Part shown: one piece after another, positions 36,039 to 48,400 of the stretch | Position numbering within the stretch: the first letter of the stretch is position 1 | Layout of the letters: each line of letters begins with the position of its first letter | Assembly: GCA_002633005.1 (NCBI GenBank) | Contig: NMRA01000661.1 | Location: forward strand, 124,001-188,000 | Length of the DNA stretch: 64,000 bases | From: Phoronis australis | Lineage: Eukaryota; Animalia; Phoronida | Direction of reading: 5' to 3' | The notes under the pieces: generated by a model | Databases searched by the model: none | The model's input: the letters and a program-made list of their open reading frames with translations, nothing else | What the model was told of the DNA's origin: nothing | Translations under genes and position numbers: made by a program

Positions 36039-37015
36039 TTAAAATCGTTGAGCATTCTTGAAAGTACGTGACGTCATATTTGACCTCGTGCTTCTTCTCA
36101 AAGAGAGCCACGAAGAGTAAACATCAACCGAATTTTTGTATTGTGCTCTGGGGACAACAACATGCAGATTTCTCTTGAAATTGGGAGTAAATGGCATTGC
36201 TCATGAATTTGTAAGTAAACAGTGTGGATTCGTTTCGACAAAGAATCTTCATGCGGTCAATTCGGTAGACGCTGGCGGTCGGCAAAGCCAGATAAGAAAT
36301 CACTTGGCCGAAAACATGCGACGCGAATATTGTGTTACAAATTGAAATGCATAGGCAAATAAGAAAAATGCGACTGCGCTTAAATTAACAATTGTTGACT
36401 ATCTAGACCAAATAAGCATCAAGTTACCACGAAGTCTCACTCTTCAGTGTGGACAAATGTTAGTCATACACCTTTTACTCATTTGGGGGTAACTTATTAA
36501 CATTTGGAATTGAAGATGTTAGCTTGATTTATTGAAGAATAACGGCATGCAAGACGATTGAAACTTCAAGAATCTAAAAGCTACTTTGCTTCACAAATAG
36601 TTAAAGCGCCGGGCGTTTAATTATAAACAGTGCTTTCTGGCAAAAACCCAAGTTTTGATTTAGGCCAATACCCTTATAAAGTTGGTTTTATATTTTTTCT
36701 TACACAGTTTGAAAGTGTTCTCCAAGCTGGCAGATCAATATTTCTTCTTGCTCATAAACTTTCCGGTCACAGCGTAACCTGAAACTTGGAAGGAGTTTAA
36801 TCTGAAGAAATATTGAACGTTTGAAACCCTGAAATCACCGTCAGTTTGACTAAGGACAACACGAGACTCGGTATTGGCCTAAATTAAAAGCCGATCTTTA
36901 TTATGAAAGGCGGATTTAATGCCGCTTCAAAGTTACTTTTTTCTTTTGAAGTATCAGAGACCTTTTGAAACTTCTCCGAGTCACACAACGCGTATTTTCA
37001 TGAACTCCATTACGT

Positions 37016-38590
37016 CTAAAATTCATTTTGACGATGACCAGTTGACAACGCGGTCATTTTCTCATGAAGCATTTTAGTGTACGGCCTAGGCTCCCTAACA
37101 AGCCTCTGACACATGGCACTGTTTTTTCCAGCTTCAGATAGGACGAATCCGTAGGCATTGAGATCACTCGGCCTCGCTTCGTCTTGGGACGAGTGTCTCA
37201 TCTCACCCCCAAGCAGTTCGCGCTCGAGACAAAACTGTGCCCAATTTTCCCGCACTCGTTGAAATTCATCCCGTTCCTGCTCAAGCCGCTCGTGTCCGAA
37301 TTCCTTTATTCTCAACAGAAAATTACGAAGAAAATGGCTGTATAAAATTACATCTCCACGGTTCCATTTGCTTATGGCAACTTTGGTTTCGGTCTCCATG
37401 TTGTAATGTACATTCTCTGTGCGGACATTATGGCTAAAATATACTATGTCTTCCATCTTCCAACCAAACTTGTGTTTCAGGAGTATTAAGGATTCATCCA
37501 TATAGTCAGCTATCATAACCAAATCGAAGTCATTTTCAATTTCTTGTATTTTCTTCTGAATGGTGTCCATGTCATTCAACTGGGGAACTGCCACGCCGAA
37601 ATCGAATAACATTGGATTTTTTGTGCTCACGCCACAGTGCGGAATTCTGGAGTAGGCGTATTGGGGATTTCTCAAAAATTCTTCCAGTGGGTTTGCAACA
37701 AGAGGACCAAAGCCGAAGCACTTGGCGAAATCATAGTACTGGAACGCCGACTCGAACGTCTGCACCGGATTCCGAAGTATAGTTACGAATCGACTGGAGA
37801 TGGGCATCAGCGCATGGAGTTCATCGCCGGCGTATTTAGACATGGAATGGCATAGAATGTCAAAGTGACGACCTGGCACTGGAAGAACCTTTCTTTCATT
37901 AAAAACGTAAAACTCCGTGCCTACTTTCGGTAGTGCAAACACAAGGTTGTGGGTGTCACCATATCGCATAAGAACATTTTGAATCGTCGAACCTCCTGTG
38001 CGATGGGTTTTGAAGAACACCACTTGCCTGGTGACCCCTCTGTGTCCTCTCGCGCCATCACGCTGAACGTGCTCTGGCAAGATCCAATTCAAAAGTTTCT
38101 GCTGTCCTTTGCCCTTCTCGCCACTATCAACGTCTTCTGAGCCCCAGTGAAACTCCTGTTTGATTTTTTCAGTCTCTAAACTCGAAAGTTTGCTGTTCTC
38201 GGTGAGTTGGTGTTTGGAAGCACTTTTCATTTTCTTCTTGAAAGCCTCGAATGCCTTTAACTCTTTCTTAACCTGTTCGTCTTCAACAAACCCATCATTT
38301 TGAACCGATTCAGCGTCCTTAATATTTTTTTCTTTTGATATATTCGAAGCTTCTTCTTCTTCTTCTTTTTCACTGTCTGCACTTTCCTCTACATTGTTGA
38401 CAACTTTCTCTGTGCCAATATTTTCCAATTCAGATGTCTTTCCCTGGTTTTGGCCATGTTCCAGTATGGTGGACACCAAATCCTTCTCTGTCTTTGAGTA
38501 ACTAATTTTGTATAGCCTGAAAATGACTATAAGCAGAGCTACAACACCGAAACAGGCCGCTGTGCTAACCACCTTTCGACTTCTTCCCAT
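37016..38590 (-). CDS. GAL3ST: Galactose-3-O-sulfotransferase (cerebroside sulfotransferase/GAL3ST family), type II Golgi membrane protein, single coding exon, 524 aa
   Basis: Short basic N-tail, TM (GVVALLIVIF), Glu/Lys-rich stem, then VVFFKTHRTGGSTIQNVLMRYG (family FLKTHKTASST..N.L.R), TILRNP...FESAFQYY, FDLVMIADYMDESLILLKH and WNRGDVILYSHF. Confidence 0.93.
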   Translation of the reverse strand: MGRSRKVVSTAACFGVVALLIVIFRLYKISYSKTEKDLVSTILEHGQNQGKTSELENIGTEKVVNNVEESADSEKEEEEEASNISKEKNIKDAESVQNDGFVEDEQVKKELKAFEAFKKKMKSASKHQLTENSKLSSLETEKIKQEFHWGSEDVDSGEKGKGQQKLLNWILPEHVQRDGARGHRGVTRQVVFFKTHRTGGSTIQNVLMRYGDTHNLVFALPKVGTEFYVFNERKVLPVPGRHFDILCHSMSKYAGDELHALMPISSRFVTILRNPVQTFESAFQYYDFAKCFGFGPLVANPLEEFLRNPQYAYSRIPHCGVSTKNPMLFDFGVAVPQLNDMDTIQKKIQEIENDFDLVMIADYMDESLILLKHKFGWKMEDIVYFSHNVRTENVHYNMETETKVAISKWNRGDVILYSHFLRNFLLRIKEFGHERLEQERDEFQRVRENWAQFCLERELLGGEMRHSSQDEARPSDLNAYGFVLSEAGKNSAMCQRLVREPRPYTKMLHEKMTALSTGHRQNEF

Positions 38591-40387
38591 CTTTATAAGA
38601 TGTATTTATAAAGTGTCTAGCAGCAGTCAGTGTTATTCCTAAAACCACCTGTTTTGCCCGGGGGGTGACATGCCGAATCTTGGAAACGCATGGTTAGATA
38701 CTAGCATCCGAAGTGTAGAACGCTTACCTGTAGAATGAAGTGTGGAGAAGAAATCTTATTGGTAAAGATTAATATTTAACAAAGTAAATGAAATTTAGTA
38801 TTTCATGTTAACAAATTGTGTATTCCAGTGAAATGTAGGCTACGCTCCCTCGTTGTCATCAGGACCAATCCTTAATTTCCTCACGGCAGCTAGATCGAGG
38901 ATATCAGGTGGTTTAATAAGCAATATATGTTTCAGTTAAAATTGTGCAGCTGTATTGGTCGTCGAGAGCCCGCATTGATCTCAACATTTGGGTTTTGTTG
39001 AGTGATAGACGTTGGTGTTTTGGCGTTTAAAACCCAGTCTACGCAGCTCCACCTCTTTGTTACGCAGGGTGTACAACTGAAAATGGAGACGTTACACTGG
39101 AGCGAAGACCCCTAAAATCATACACACAGTCAAATCATACAAATCTCAAAATGACTTCACATTTTACTACTACCTCAAGTGCAACATTTTAATTATCGAG
39201 TCCGAGACTGAGTTCGGGGTATTAGCCCACGCATATCGACCAGGATATTGTCAGTAAGCGACCCCTGTGTACTAAGTTAGTTGCATTTGAATACGAAAAT
39301 AAATGTGAAAAATGGAAATGGTGCAAAAAAGCCGAGCCTTTTGTCACGTATGTTTTTATGCAAATAGTTTGCAAGATCTCATCGACTGTTTCATATGATT
39401 GAGTCCATTTAGTGTACAGACATACAAGCCATGTATATTTTGAGTACAAGCATTACGATAGGACCGTTTTCTAAGTAACCATTGAAATCTGTGTAGATTA
39501 CAAACTCAGTAAAGCTGTTTTTTCATTGGCGGAAAATAAAACGTGCAAATTTGAGTTTTTAAATTTGAGCAAAATCACAATTGCCTTACATTACAGCGTT
39601 CTGTCGTTCAGTTACTTTTCCAGACGTGAGGAGTGCTGAACGTGCGATAACATCTGGCTCTTTCGTTAACTGCCTAGCTCAATCATTTCTCCCGTACGAT
39701 AACAAGCAGGCCAATTATCTCCCAGGTTTCAAAGGAAATGTATGGTGGTTGCACGCTATTACCGAACGCGTATGAACACAGTCAAACCCAATGCGTTGGT
39801 AATCCATTTGGGCAGAATAGATTGTCTTAATTTCTGTTGGGCGATTTTGGTGATTCAAAACGGAACATGATCGGCATTTGACGAGGAATTCAGAAATGCT
39901 ATTGGTTTAAGCTAAAATATGTTATTACTTAACTTTCATTTTTATCAGCCCAGCCCAGTCAGGCTAGATACGATCTGATCGGAGATTAGAGCAATTATCG
40001 AACAAAAGAGCACAGGCCCTCCAACCATAAATGCCAGAATGGCGTTAATCAGTCGTGTAAGATATTGGCTACGGGGGTAAACTTCCCAACTTGTTGTTGG
40101 GCTATAGAATCGAACAAGTTGGGAGCAACGGGATGTCGCCGTCATGTAAGTTTAGTGTTCTTAAGAGGATTTGCAATCACCGACAAAAGACTGTAGATTA
40201 CGTGTGCAGATATTAGGTGTTTTGACTTTAAGTTCGACCGTTTCATGTCTCTTCGTCACTTTCTATGAAACTTCCTTTTTGACTGATTTGACAAATGGAC
40301 AAGTTGTTAGCAAACATCGGCCATGGAGATCATCCGGTGAGTCTGTAAGCATCAGACTACACGGTCACACTGGTACTATCGGCAGCT

Positions 40388-41317
40388 GCCGGCCACTACT
40401 CCGAATGTTCACTACTTCGATGGTTCACTACTTTGAAAATTTTAGAAATTCAGATTCGTGGAAAATTTATATTTTTGCGTCTAAAAATACACGATACTTC
40501 AGTTAGTAGGCGCACGTGGTGTAGTTATACCTAAAACAACGCCCAGCTACTGTACTAATACGGTACTTTGTTTCGGTTTCCAGGGCAGGCGACATTGAGC
40601 TCCAAAACGAGTCATGAATATGGAAAATAAGTACCAACTTTCCTTCTTAAACATAGACGGGGGGGGGACTATAGCCCCACTTTTTCAGTGCTGCCTCGCC
40701 TACGGTCTATGGGCGGTGCACCACAGGGTCCCACTTTTTAGTGCTGCGCCGCCCATGTTAAAGGAATACGAAACATGAACACTGATGAATTATCAACCAC
40801 GATGCATTCCCCAAATTTATGTTAAGACCGGATCACGGCTAGACAGCGCTACTGAAAGGTTTACGCGTTGCTCCTCAACCCCACCCACGACACTGGAACA
40901 ACGCGCACGGCTGGGTCGAAACAAAACTTGAAGTAGGCTTCCCGGTTTCCCTATCAACCTTCACTCAGTCGAAGAGTCCCATAATTCTTCTCCACTAAAG
41001 CCACCAGTTCGTCACTACAGCACTGAAATAAAATATTACCATGACCCTTATATGTTGTCCTTGTCTGAGAATGACCCAATTTGTACATAATGCAATCAAT
41101 TTTTAGAGCTATTTCACTCGAATAGCGCACACCTTTTAAGTGGTTACTAAATGGACTATACAATACTACTTGCATGCCAGCTCCGCTTCAGCAGACGTTT
41201 GGTGAACTATCAAAGTAATGAACCTGGCTTTGGAACAAGTCAGTGTACACTCGGAGTAGTGAACCCTCGAAATAGTGAACCTTCGGAGTAGAGAACCTTC
41301 GGGGGTAGTGAACCGGC
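40388..41317. mobile_element. Putative ~930 bp non-autonomous DNA element bounded by inverted arrays of ~15 bp repeats
   Basis: Left TTCACTACTTCGA-type units (40390-40437) are the reverse complement of right CGGAGTAGTGAACC-type units (41250-41317). Confidence 0.5.
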
Positions 41318-41884
41318 TTCTTAGTGGCATGTAACCGGCCCGACACAGGCTGTTGCTTGAGCGACAATATGTGTCGAGTGCGACAGTTTGTCGTCGCCAT
41401 CGACATATATTGTCTGCCGGGCGATACTATGCGTCAGTCAGCGTTCAATTGGTGGTGTGGCCAAAATGATTAATTGTTGTGCAGTGTTGTTCAGGACACA
41501 ATGCATCTTTTAGCATCATATTGTAACAACACAAACGTGAAAGCGCGCGTTCCAAACATGCGCAAAAACATTCCGTACTCAACACCTCGTTTTCTGGCAT
41601 TATGCAATTATGGCGGAGTCTTGAATTCTACAAGGATTCTGACTGTAGATCCGTGTCCGTACGACTCATTTGTTGAACGGGCATTTCATACCAAAGCATG
41701 TTGCTCTCGGTACGACATCGAAACAGAAGGGAAGAGTAAAGCATCTAAGCAGAATAAAAGCGCCGTCGTGTTGCATTCAAACCATGTTTTTGGACAGTTT
41801 CCCGTTCCCGCCCGTTCCCATCTTGGAAGTTCTGAGGACGAGCTTGATGTGACAATGCCACACAAGAGGAAATGGTAAGATGAC

Positions 41885-41938
41885 AAAAAAAAAACAAAAA
41901 AAAAACAAGAACGCGAGATCCGAATAACAACTTTTATT
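41885..41938 (-). terminator. Candidate polyadenylation site of the PLXDC-like gene
   Basis: Minus-strand AATAAA at 41938-41933 followed by a long GU/U-rich downstream tract; it would imply a ~3.5 kb 3' UTR. Confidence 0.45.
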
Positions 41939-44900
41939 TCCTGGAATGTTCAGTTTTTGACAACGCTAAAATCGATATTGCATACGACAATGGTTGGACA
42001 TTAACAACGTTACTAAACTACCAGGGCACTTCCTGCTAAATATTCTGATAATTGCAATCGCTGCATGAAAACACACGCCAGTTTAGCTATTCACGAAAAA
42101 TCCACTGCAGTTAACCTTTTTACAGCAAGAGCAACTTAACGAAAATTAATCAAACTGAATTGACTTGAAACAACAACACAATAATTATAGAAGTTAGTAT
42201 AAATAAAACAGATCTGGCTCCTTTACATTATAATTATACAATTACTTTTAATTCTATACAGTTTACACAATATAAACAGCCCCAGGGCGTAATAAAGTAC
42301 GAAAAACGCAAGCGGGATTACTGAAGATCAAACACAAAAATCCGCCAGGATCCATTCAGCAAAGCAAAACGGTCAAAGAAGCTCGAAGGCAGGATTCCGC
42401 TGCTGATTACTACAGTGCGCCACACAGCGACGTGAAGACATTACTTGAATTCCTTTCTTCTTTTGCCCCGAATTTAATGATTCGTCTTCAGGCAAAAGTT
42501 TACATTTACAGCCAATAGAAACAGACCCAAACAAAATACCGGTTGGAATAAGAGGGCAGGAAAAAAGGGAAAAACAAGACAAATTGGTATCAAGCTAATA
42601 TACAGTTATCAATCAAATTACGACTGAAACCAGTGTAGACCTAATGGACAGAAAATTTACTTCAGCTTAGTTCGGTGATAAGTGTTTAATTTTAAAGACA
42701 TTTTTGACAAGAAAGGACATTATACAATTCCTCTTCATACCGCAAAATATATTCGAAGAACTGAGACTTACATGCAGAGCATAAGGTAACAAAGACAGTC
42801 CTATCGCACTTGCACTGTTTATGGTGCATTGAACACGGTTTTAGTAACACGACTATAACCTTGGGACACCCCGATTCACACAATGCCGAGTGACGAAGGC
42901 CTTCATTTAATTTTGAAACAAGTCACAGAAACCGAGTCACGAAAACGAAGCAACAGTTCTCGTGTTCTATGATTATACTGTGTGGTCGGAATAGGCGTGT
43001 TATTTTTTGGTTTAATTAACGGCTTCACCGACATGCCGAAGCAGTGCTCAATATAGAAAGCATCCAGCAAACTTAAACTTGAGGTAGATGAAATTTGACT
43101 AAAAATAAGAACCAGCGTTTTATAATTCCGAAAGTGGAGCTGTCATTACGGCAAATATTCTGCAGTTTCGAACAACCTCTGATTTAAGGCATAGAAACAA
43201 ATTAAAACATTTTCCATTTAATACACTTTCTTAACAAAAATATTTTCACAATTACAGGCAACAACGTGTCATGTTTTTTATTTAAATTCTACCATCAACA
43301 CTACTTGTTAAAAAAATAATATTTCAGTTTTCCGAAATAGATTCTATCATTCACTTTTGTTTGCACAGCAACTAAGAACCAGCGGACGACAAAGCGTTCA
43401 CACACCAACACAATAGAATGTAATAAAAAAGGTGGCGTGGCTGACGCAAATCAATCGCTAACAGCACTAATGAAAAAATGTATTGTTTTTTTAAATTAAG
43501 CAAACGGACATTATGCAGTCATACGGTGATCAACCAGTCTTCACATGATACTTCAGGGTTATGTTTATTTCAGTAGGTAAGGTAAGTTTAAAGCCTAACT
43601 TCAACGGAATTTTGTTACTTTAGGTTTATTGGGTTAACCAAGTAGTTATAGCAAAGCCTAGCAAAATCAGAAAACGCGAGTTTAATCGCGCAAGTGTAGG
43701 CCCGTCAAAAGATAGGTGAAGCTGCCTTTTCGTGCCATATTGTGTCACCGTGAACTCCCAGGGCAAACGATAAAAGGCCGATAACAGTTGCATTGAATAG
43801 GAGTCTGAATAAAACACCATGCACCTGGTGTTAAGGAACTTTTGATTGCAACCACACACAGCTATTAACGCAGTGTCAGTCTTCCTTACTACGACTGGAA
43901 ATAATTTCCAGATTTGAGAAGAGCTGAGAGGTCACTTTTGCTTCAGAACTGGTCAATTAAGTTGCTTGCATCATGGCGGGTTGGTTTCAGTGACTAAGGT
44001 AGCTATGGCCATACGGGAATTCTAGGCGATTTATCACAACCAATTTCAATTAAAACAAACCCTAAGAATGCAAAGACATTGCTTTGGAAGGGGAAATGCT
44101 GCTGTAAACTAGATGATTTTAACACCAGAACATGACTTGTAGAGACAATAAAGCAGTATCCAAGTCACGAGCAATAACAAATTTTCAGTACCTTCCAGAA
44201 ATCACATCCAGTCTGAACACAAACACATCAAGACTTGTGTTGCAGTTATAATTGGTCTACAAAATGACGAATTGTTATGTATAGATGATTTTTTGAACTC
44301 CAATAACTTAAGGCATGCTTTGCGATATAACACAAAATATACCTTGCAACATAACACACAACATGCCTTGCGAAATGACGCAGTATGTCTTGCTGAATGA
44401 GGGTTTTTAAGTCTATCACATGAAAATTTCCTTGACGTTAGCTTATTCCAAGAGATTTTTAATAGTGCCAAGGTTTTTCGGAGCACGGAGAACATTTTTT
44501 TTGTCATTTCCTTAGTTTTCAGGTTTTCATGAGCGGTAGCACTGAACTGCGGCAACTCCCCTCAGAGATTCTACTAGTATTACAGATCATTAAAATTGAA
44601 GTGACTGACGTTTCACCCCTTAAATCTTGTCCATACACAGCCCACTCTAGAACAACTTGCACTAGGGCAGCATACCCCACTTAGAAGAGCAGCGTTCACA
44701 TGCACACATATCCAATAACTAAGGTAAGGTAAAAGTTGTCGCTCTGTGCGCGACAATGAACACCTAATGCAAATACGGTATCAAGAGAAAACCCGTCTGT
44801 AGCGCAGTTGGTAATTACTTCTGCCTTGCCCCAAGTTTGCGGCCACACAAGTTTGCAGCACAAGTTACCGTAGAACGAGATATCCCACCTTGACAAGGTG

Positions 44901-45408
44901 AAGTAAGTTGTCACAAGTTCGGTAAGTTGTGTCCACACAGCGCTCAAACCTAGCGACAACTTGATCAAGGAGTACCTTGGTCTAGGGTAAGTCTACATCT
45001 GGACGACACTTAAACGGACGATGACTCCACTGTTCTGATAAGAGGGAGCATTTTGCAGCAGAATGACCAAACACAACAACGTATTTGTATGAACACTGCA
45101 TTCCATAACCAGGAAAGTTCGTGTTAAAAGTAAAACAGCATTGCTAAGATACCAAAACGAATAACTGCGTGAAAGCCCTGCACTTCAACAATGTTACATT
45201 ACAACTTATAAAAGAAAGGATGAAATCCTTTATGGGAATGCACCATGTCATCTGACACCACTGAGCACAAGCATGGGATATATTCAGCTGAAAAAACCTT
45301 AGTCATGAAAAAACATGTTATAACAGGTCACCTCATATACAACAAGTAAATAAACGTGACAAATAAATGCGAGGGAATGTAGTGATAGACTGCACGCCAG
45401 CGCCGCCT

Positions 45409-48400
45409 TCAGGCTCTGCTCTCACTGTCCATGGACACCGCGTACTTCTCGCCAGACTCGTCAGGGTTCTTCTTCCAAAACTTAATGCGTTTAGCCACTT
45501 CTCTTGGACGGTTCTGAAAAAAGATGATGCAATAATACCGTATTGGTAGGTGAAACCAGCGAAAGTTCGTGAGATCTCCGGTATGTCTTTTGACTTGTTT
45601 GTGATGCACGGGGTACACAATTTTCAAAAATGACAAAATGCTGTTGAAGGCACCTATTCTGGGAGAGGTTAAGGTGAGAATTGAGACGGATATCACCCAA
45701 CCAGCAATGAACAGGAGAAGGAAGGGGGGAAGGAGAGGAGCATTTGGACCTACTACTCTTGAGCTGACCACAACATTAAAGTTAAGCCCATACTGGAGAT
45801 GCGTAATCTTGGCTTCTTGTAGTTAGAGAGTGTCCACAAACAGGCATGCACTCTTAACCACACGGCGCACCACAATGACCAAAAACCAACAAAAATGGGG
45901 ACAAAGGTGACATCTAGCAACTGCTATGCCAATTCCGAGACACAGTCAAATCCCTGCCATGACCTGTTCTGGCAAGAGACATCTTTCGCAATAAAACAGT
46001 CAGACCTTTACCACTACGACACCTCAGCTGGTTTCATGAAACATCACTGACTGCATGCTCTAGTAAGCAGATACAGTAAGTGAACTACTGCTAATTGCAC
46101 ACAGCTTTTAGTGCTCCATATCACTAACGTAATACATGCGATTGTTGACTGGCACAGTAAATGACAAGAATCAGAGGACTTCACCAGATATTTTGGACAT
46201 CGATTTGTTATAAGAACAGCACAGCCTTGAAACTTGCAAGATTGGTACTACGGTATATTTGTCAGTACAAAACTAATTCTTAACCCAGAAAAGTCTTCCC
46301 CAGTCATTGACAAGGGGAATTAACACAAGAAATGACAACGTGGCTAAGCTGTTCACAGAATTAACCGTCATGACCCGGAAACAATATTTTGTCCGATTAC
46401 TTTTGACTTGCGCTGTACCAATCTGTAAGGGATGCCCTGTTCAACTAAACCAGGCCATATCTTTTTCACATAGATTTTACTCAATTGCTACTCTTCACGC
46501 CTAAAGCCACAACTGTTAAAAACTCAAGCTCCTGGTTTTAGTTGCCGATGGCCAGTCCCGCTGAATGCCATGCATAAACACAGTCAGAATAATAGTGATC
46601 CTATACACAGGGTTATTTCAACTAGTGAGTGACCTTGACACCTGGTTATAGCTTTCACAACAGAAAATTCAAACTCAACTTGAATTTCAAAATTCATGTA
46701 CCAAACGTCAATGTCTATACTGTGGGGAGTTCGAAATAAACACATCGAACTGGTACGAAAAGCCCAAAATGACCCAATTTGCTTTAGAAATGACTAATCT
46801 CCTAATACTTCAAACTTGTTGCACAGGGTTTTAAACTCGACGCAAGTGATCCAAACTCATCACAGCAAAATTCAAACTTGACGCACAGATGAGACAAAAC
46901 AAGTTGTCATGGAAAACGTATTAACTGCTGTCTAAACCACCCTCACAGGGGGTTAACCTGCTACTGTTACAAATTTCGCGGTTGAATTTAAAAGTTATAA
47001 CCGCCTTGGTGTGGACAGGACAAAAAAGTACCAAGCTCCAAAACATCAAACCACAAAACAGTTCATTGTACGCACACAGATCTCACACGTCGGCACATAC
47101 CCTGATCAGCCATTGGCCAGAACGGGATTCTGGGTTGCGATAGGCGTACACGATCCAGCCTATGAAGGCCACGATCAACATGAGCAGAACGATGACCCCA
47201 AATATGACACCAGTCACGACGCCTGCATCTGTTCAGGGAGAGATATAAAGAAGCGTGAAACACATTATAGAGACTCACAATTTTACACTGACTGCTTATT
47301 AAATGAATGCAGTACAAAAACTATTCGTCCCCACAGGTAAAGTACAACGCGACTCAAGTTTCGGAATAGCCATCTTGCAAAAATTAAAATTGGTACCATG
47401 AAGCCAATTTTCTGAACTATTGCAATTGATTGCCAAACACTATTCGGGTGCACTTGAAATGACTTTTTTCTAATCGAGAGGATAACTTAACTTCGCACAG
47501 TACGCAAGTCAATGAACTGCTTGCTTACCGGGAATTCCTGTCCCAGAACACCAAGCAAATTACAGACATTTGTATCAACTAACATATCACGGCCTTGGGG
47601 GTGGGTGGTTAATCGATGACGGGCACTCAAAAATGAAAATTTCACAGGTGGGCAATAGACCCAAGGTGAACGCTAATTCAGACAAATGCCATCTCTGTCC
47701 CAAACTGAACTAGTTTTGTCAAACATTGCGCAGCCTGCTTCTTCCCAGTTACATCATGAAGCAACCGGCTTACAGTCACTCAAAACAACTTTTTCATACT
47801 ACTATGAACAGATGCCCTCCAAACTTTTTTTAAAGTCCAGCAAGGAAGAGGGCTATTTACCAACTGTCACAAGCACAACAGAGAAGTGTGCATAGCCTGA
47901 CATTTATTGACAGTTTCATATCACATGCACAATGCAAAAGGCAAGCATAATGCTCTCGCAGTATACCAACCGGCTCATGTCAATACTCTGTAAGCAAAAA
48001 ACTGAAGATGTGCAAAGTATACCGTTTCCCAACTGTCTTTCATCAACAAGTACAAAGCTGAAGGTGTGCAAAATATACCATTTGCCGACCGTCTCGTCAA
48101 CAAACACAAAACTAAAGGCGTGCAATGTATACCATTTCCCGACCATCGCTCGTCAACAAGTACAAAATTGAGGGTGTGCAAAGCATACAACTATTTATCG
48201 ACCACCGTTCATCAACAAGTACAAAACTGAGGGTGTGCAAAATATACCATTTACCCACCATTTCTCACTAACAAACACAAAACTGAAGACGTGCAAAGTA
48301 TCCCATTTCCCGACCGTTGCTCGTCAACAAGTACAAAACTGAGGATTTGCTAAGTATACAATTTACTGACCGTCGCTCGCTAACAAGCACAAGGCCGAGG

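Noticed and set aside
45409-45420. C-terminal ESRA as a PDZ-binding motif
   Set aside because: Terminal Ala is a weak match and cannot be supported from sequence alone.
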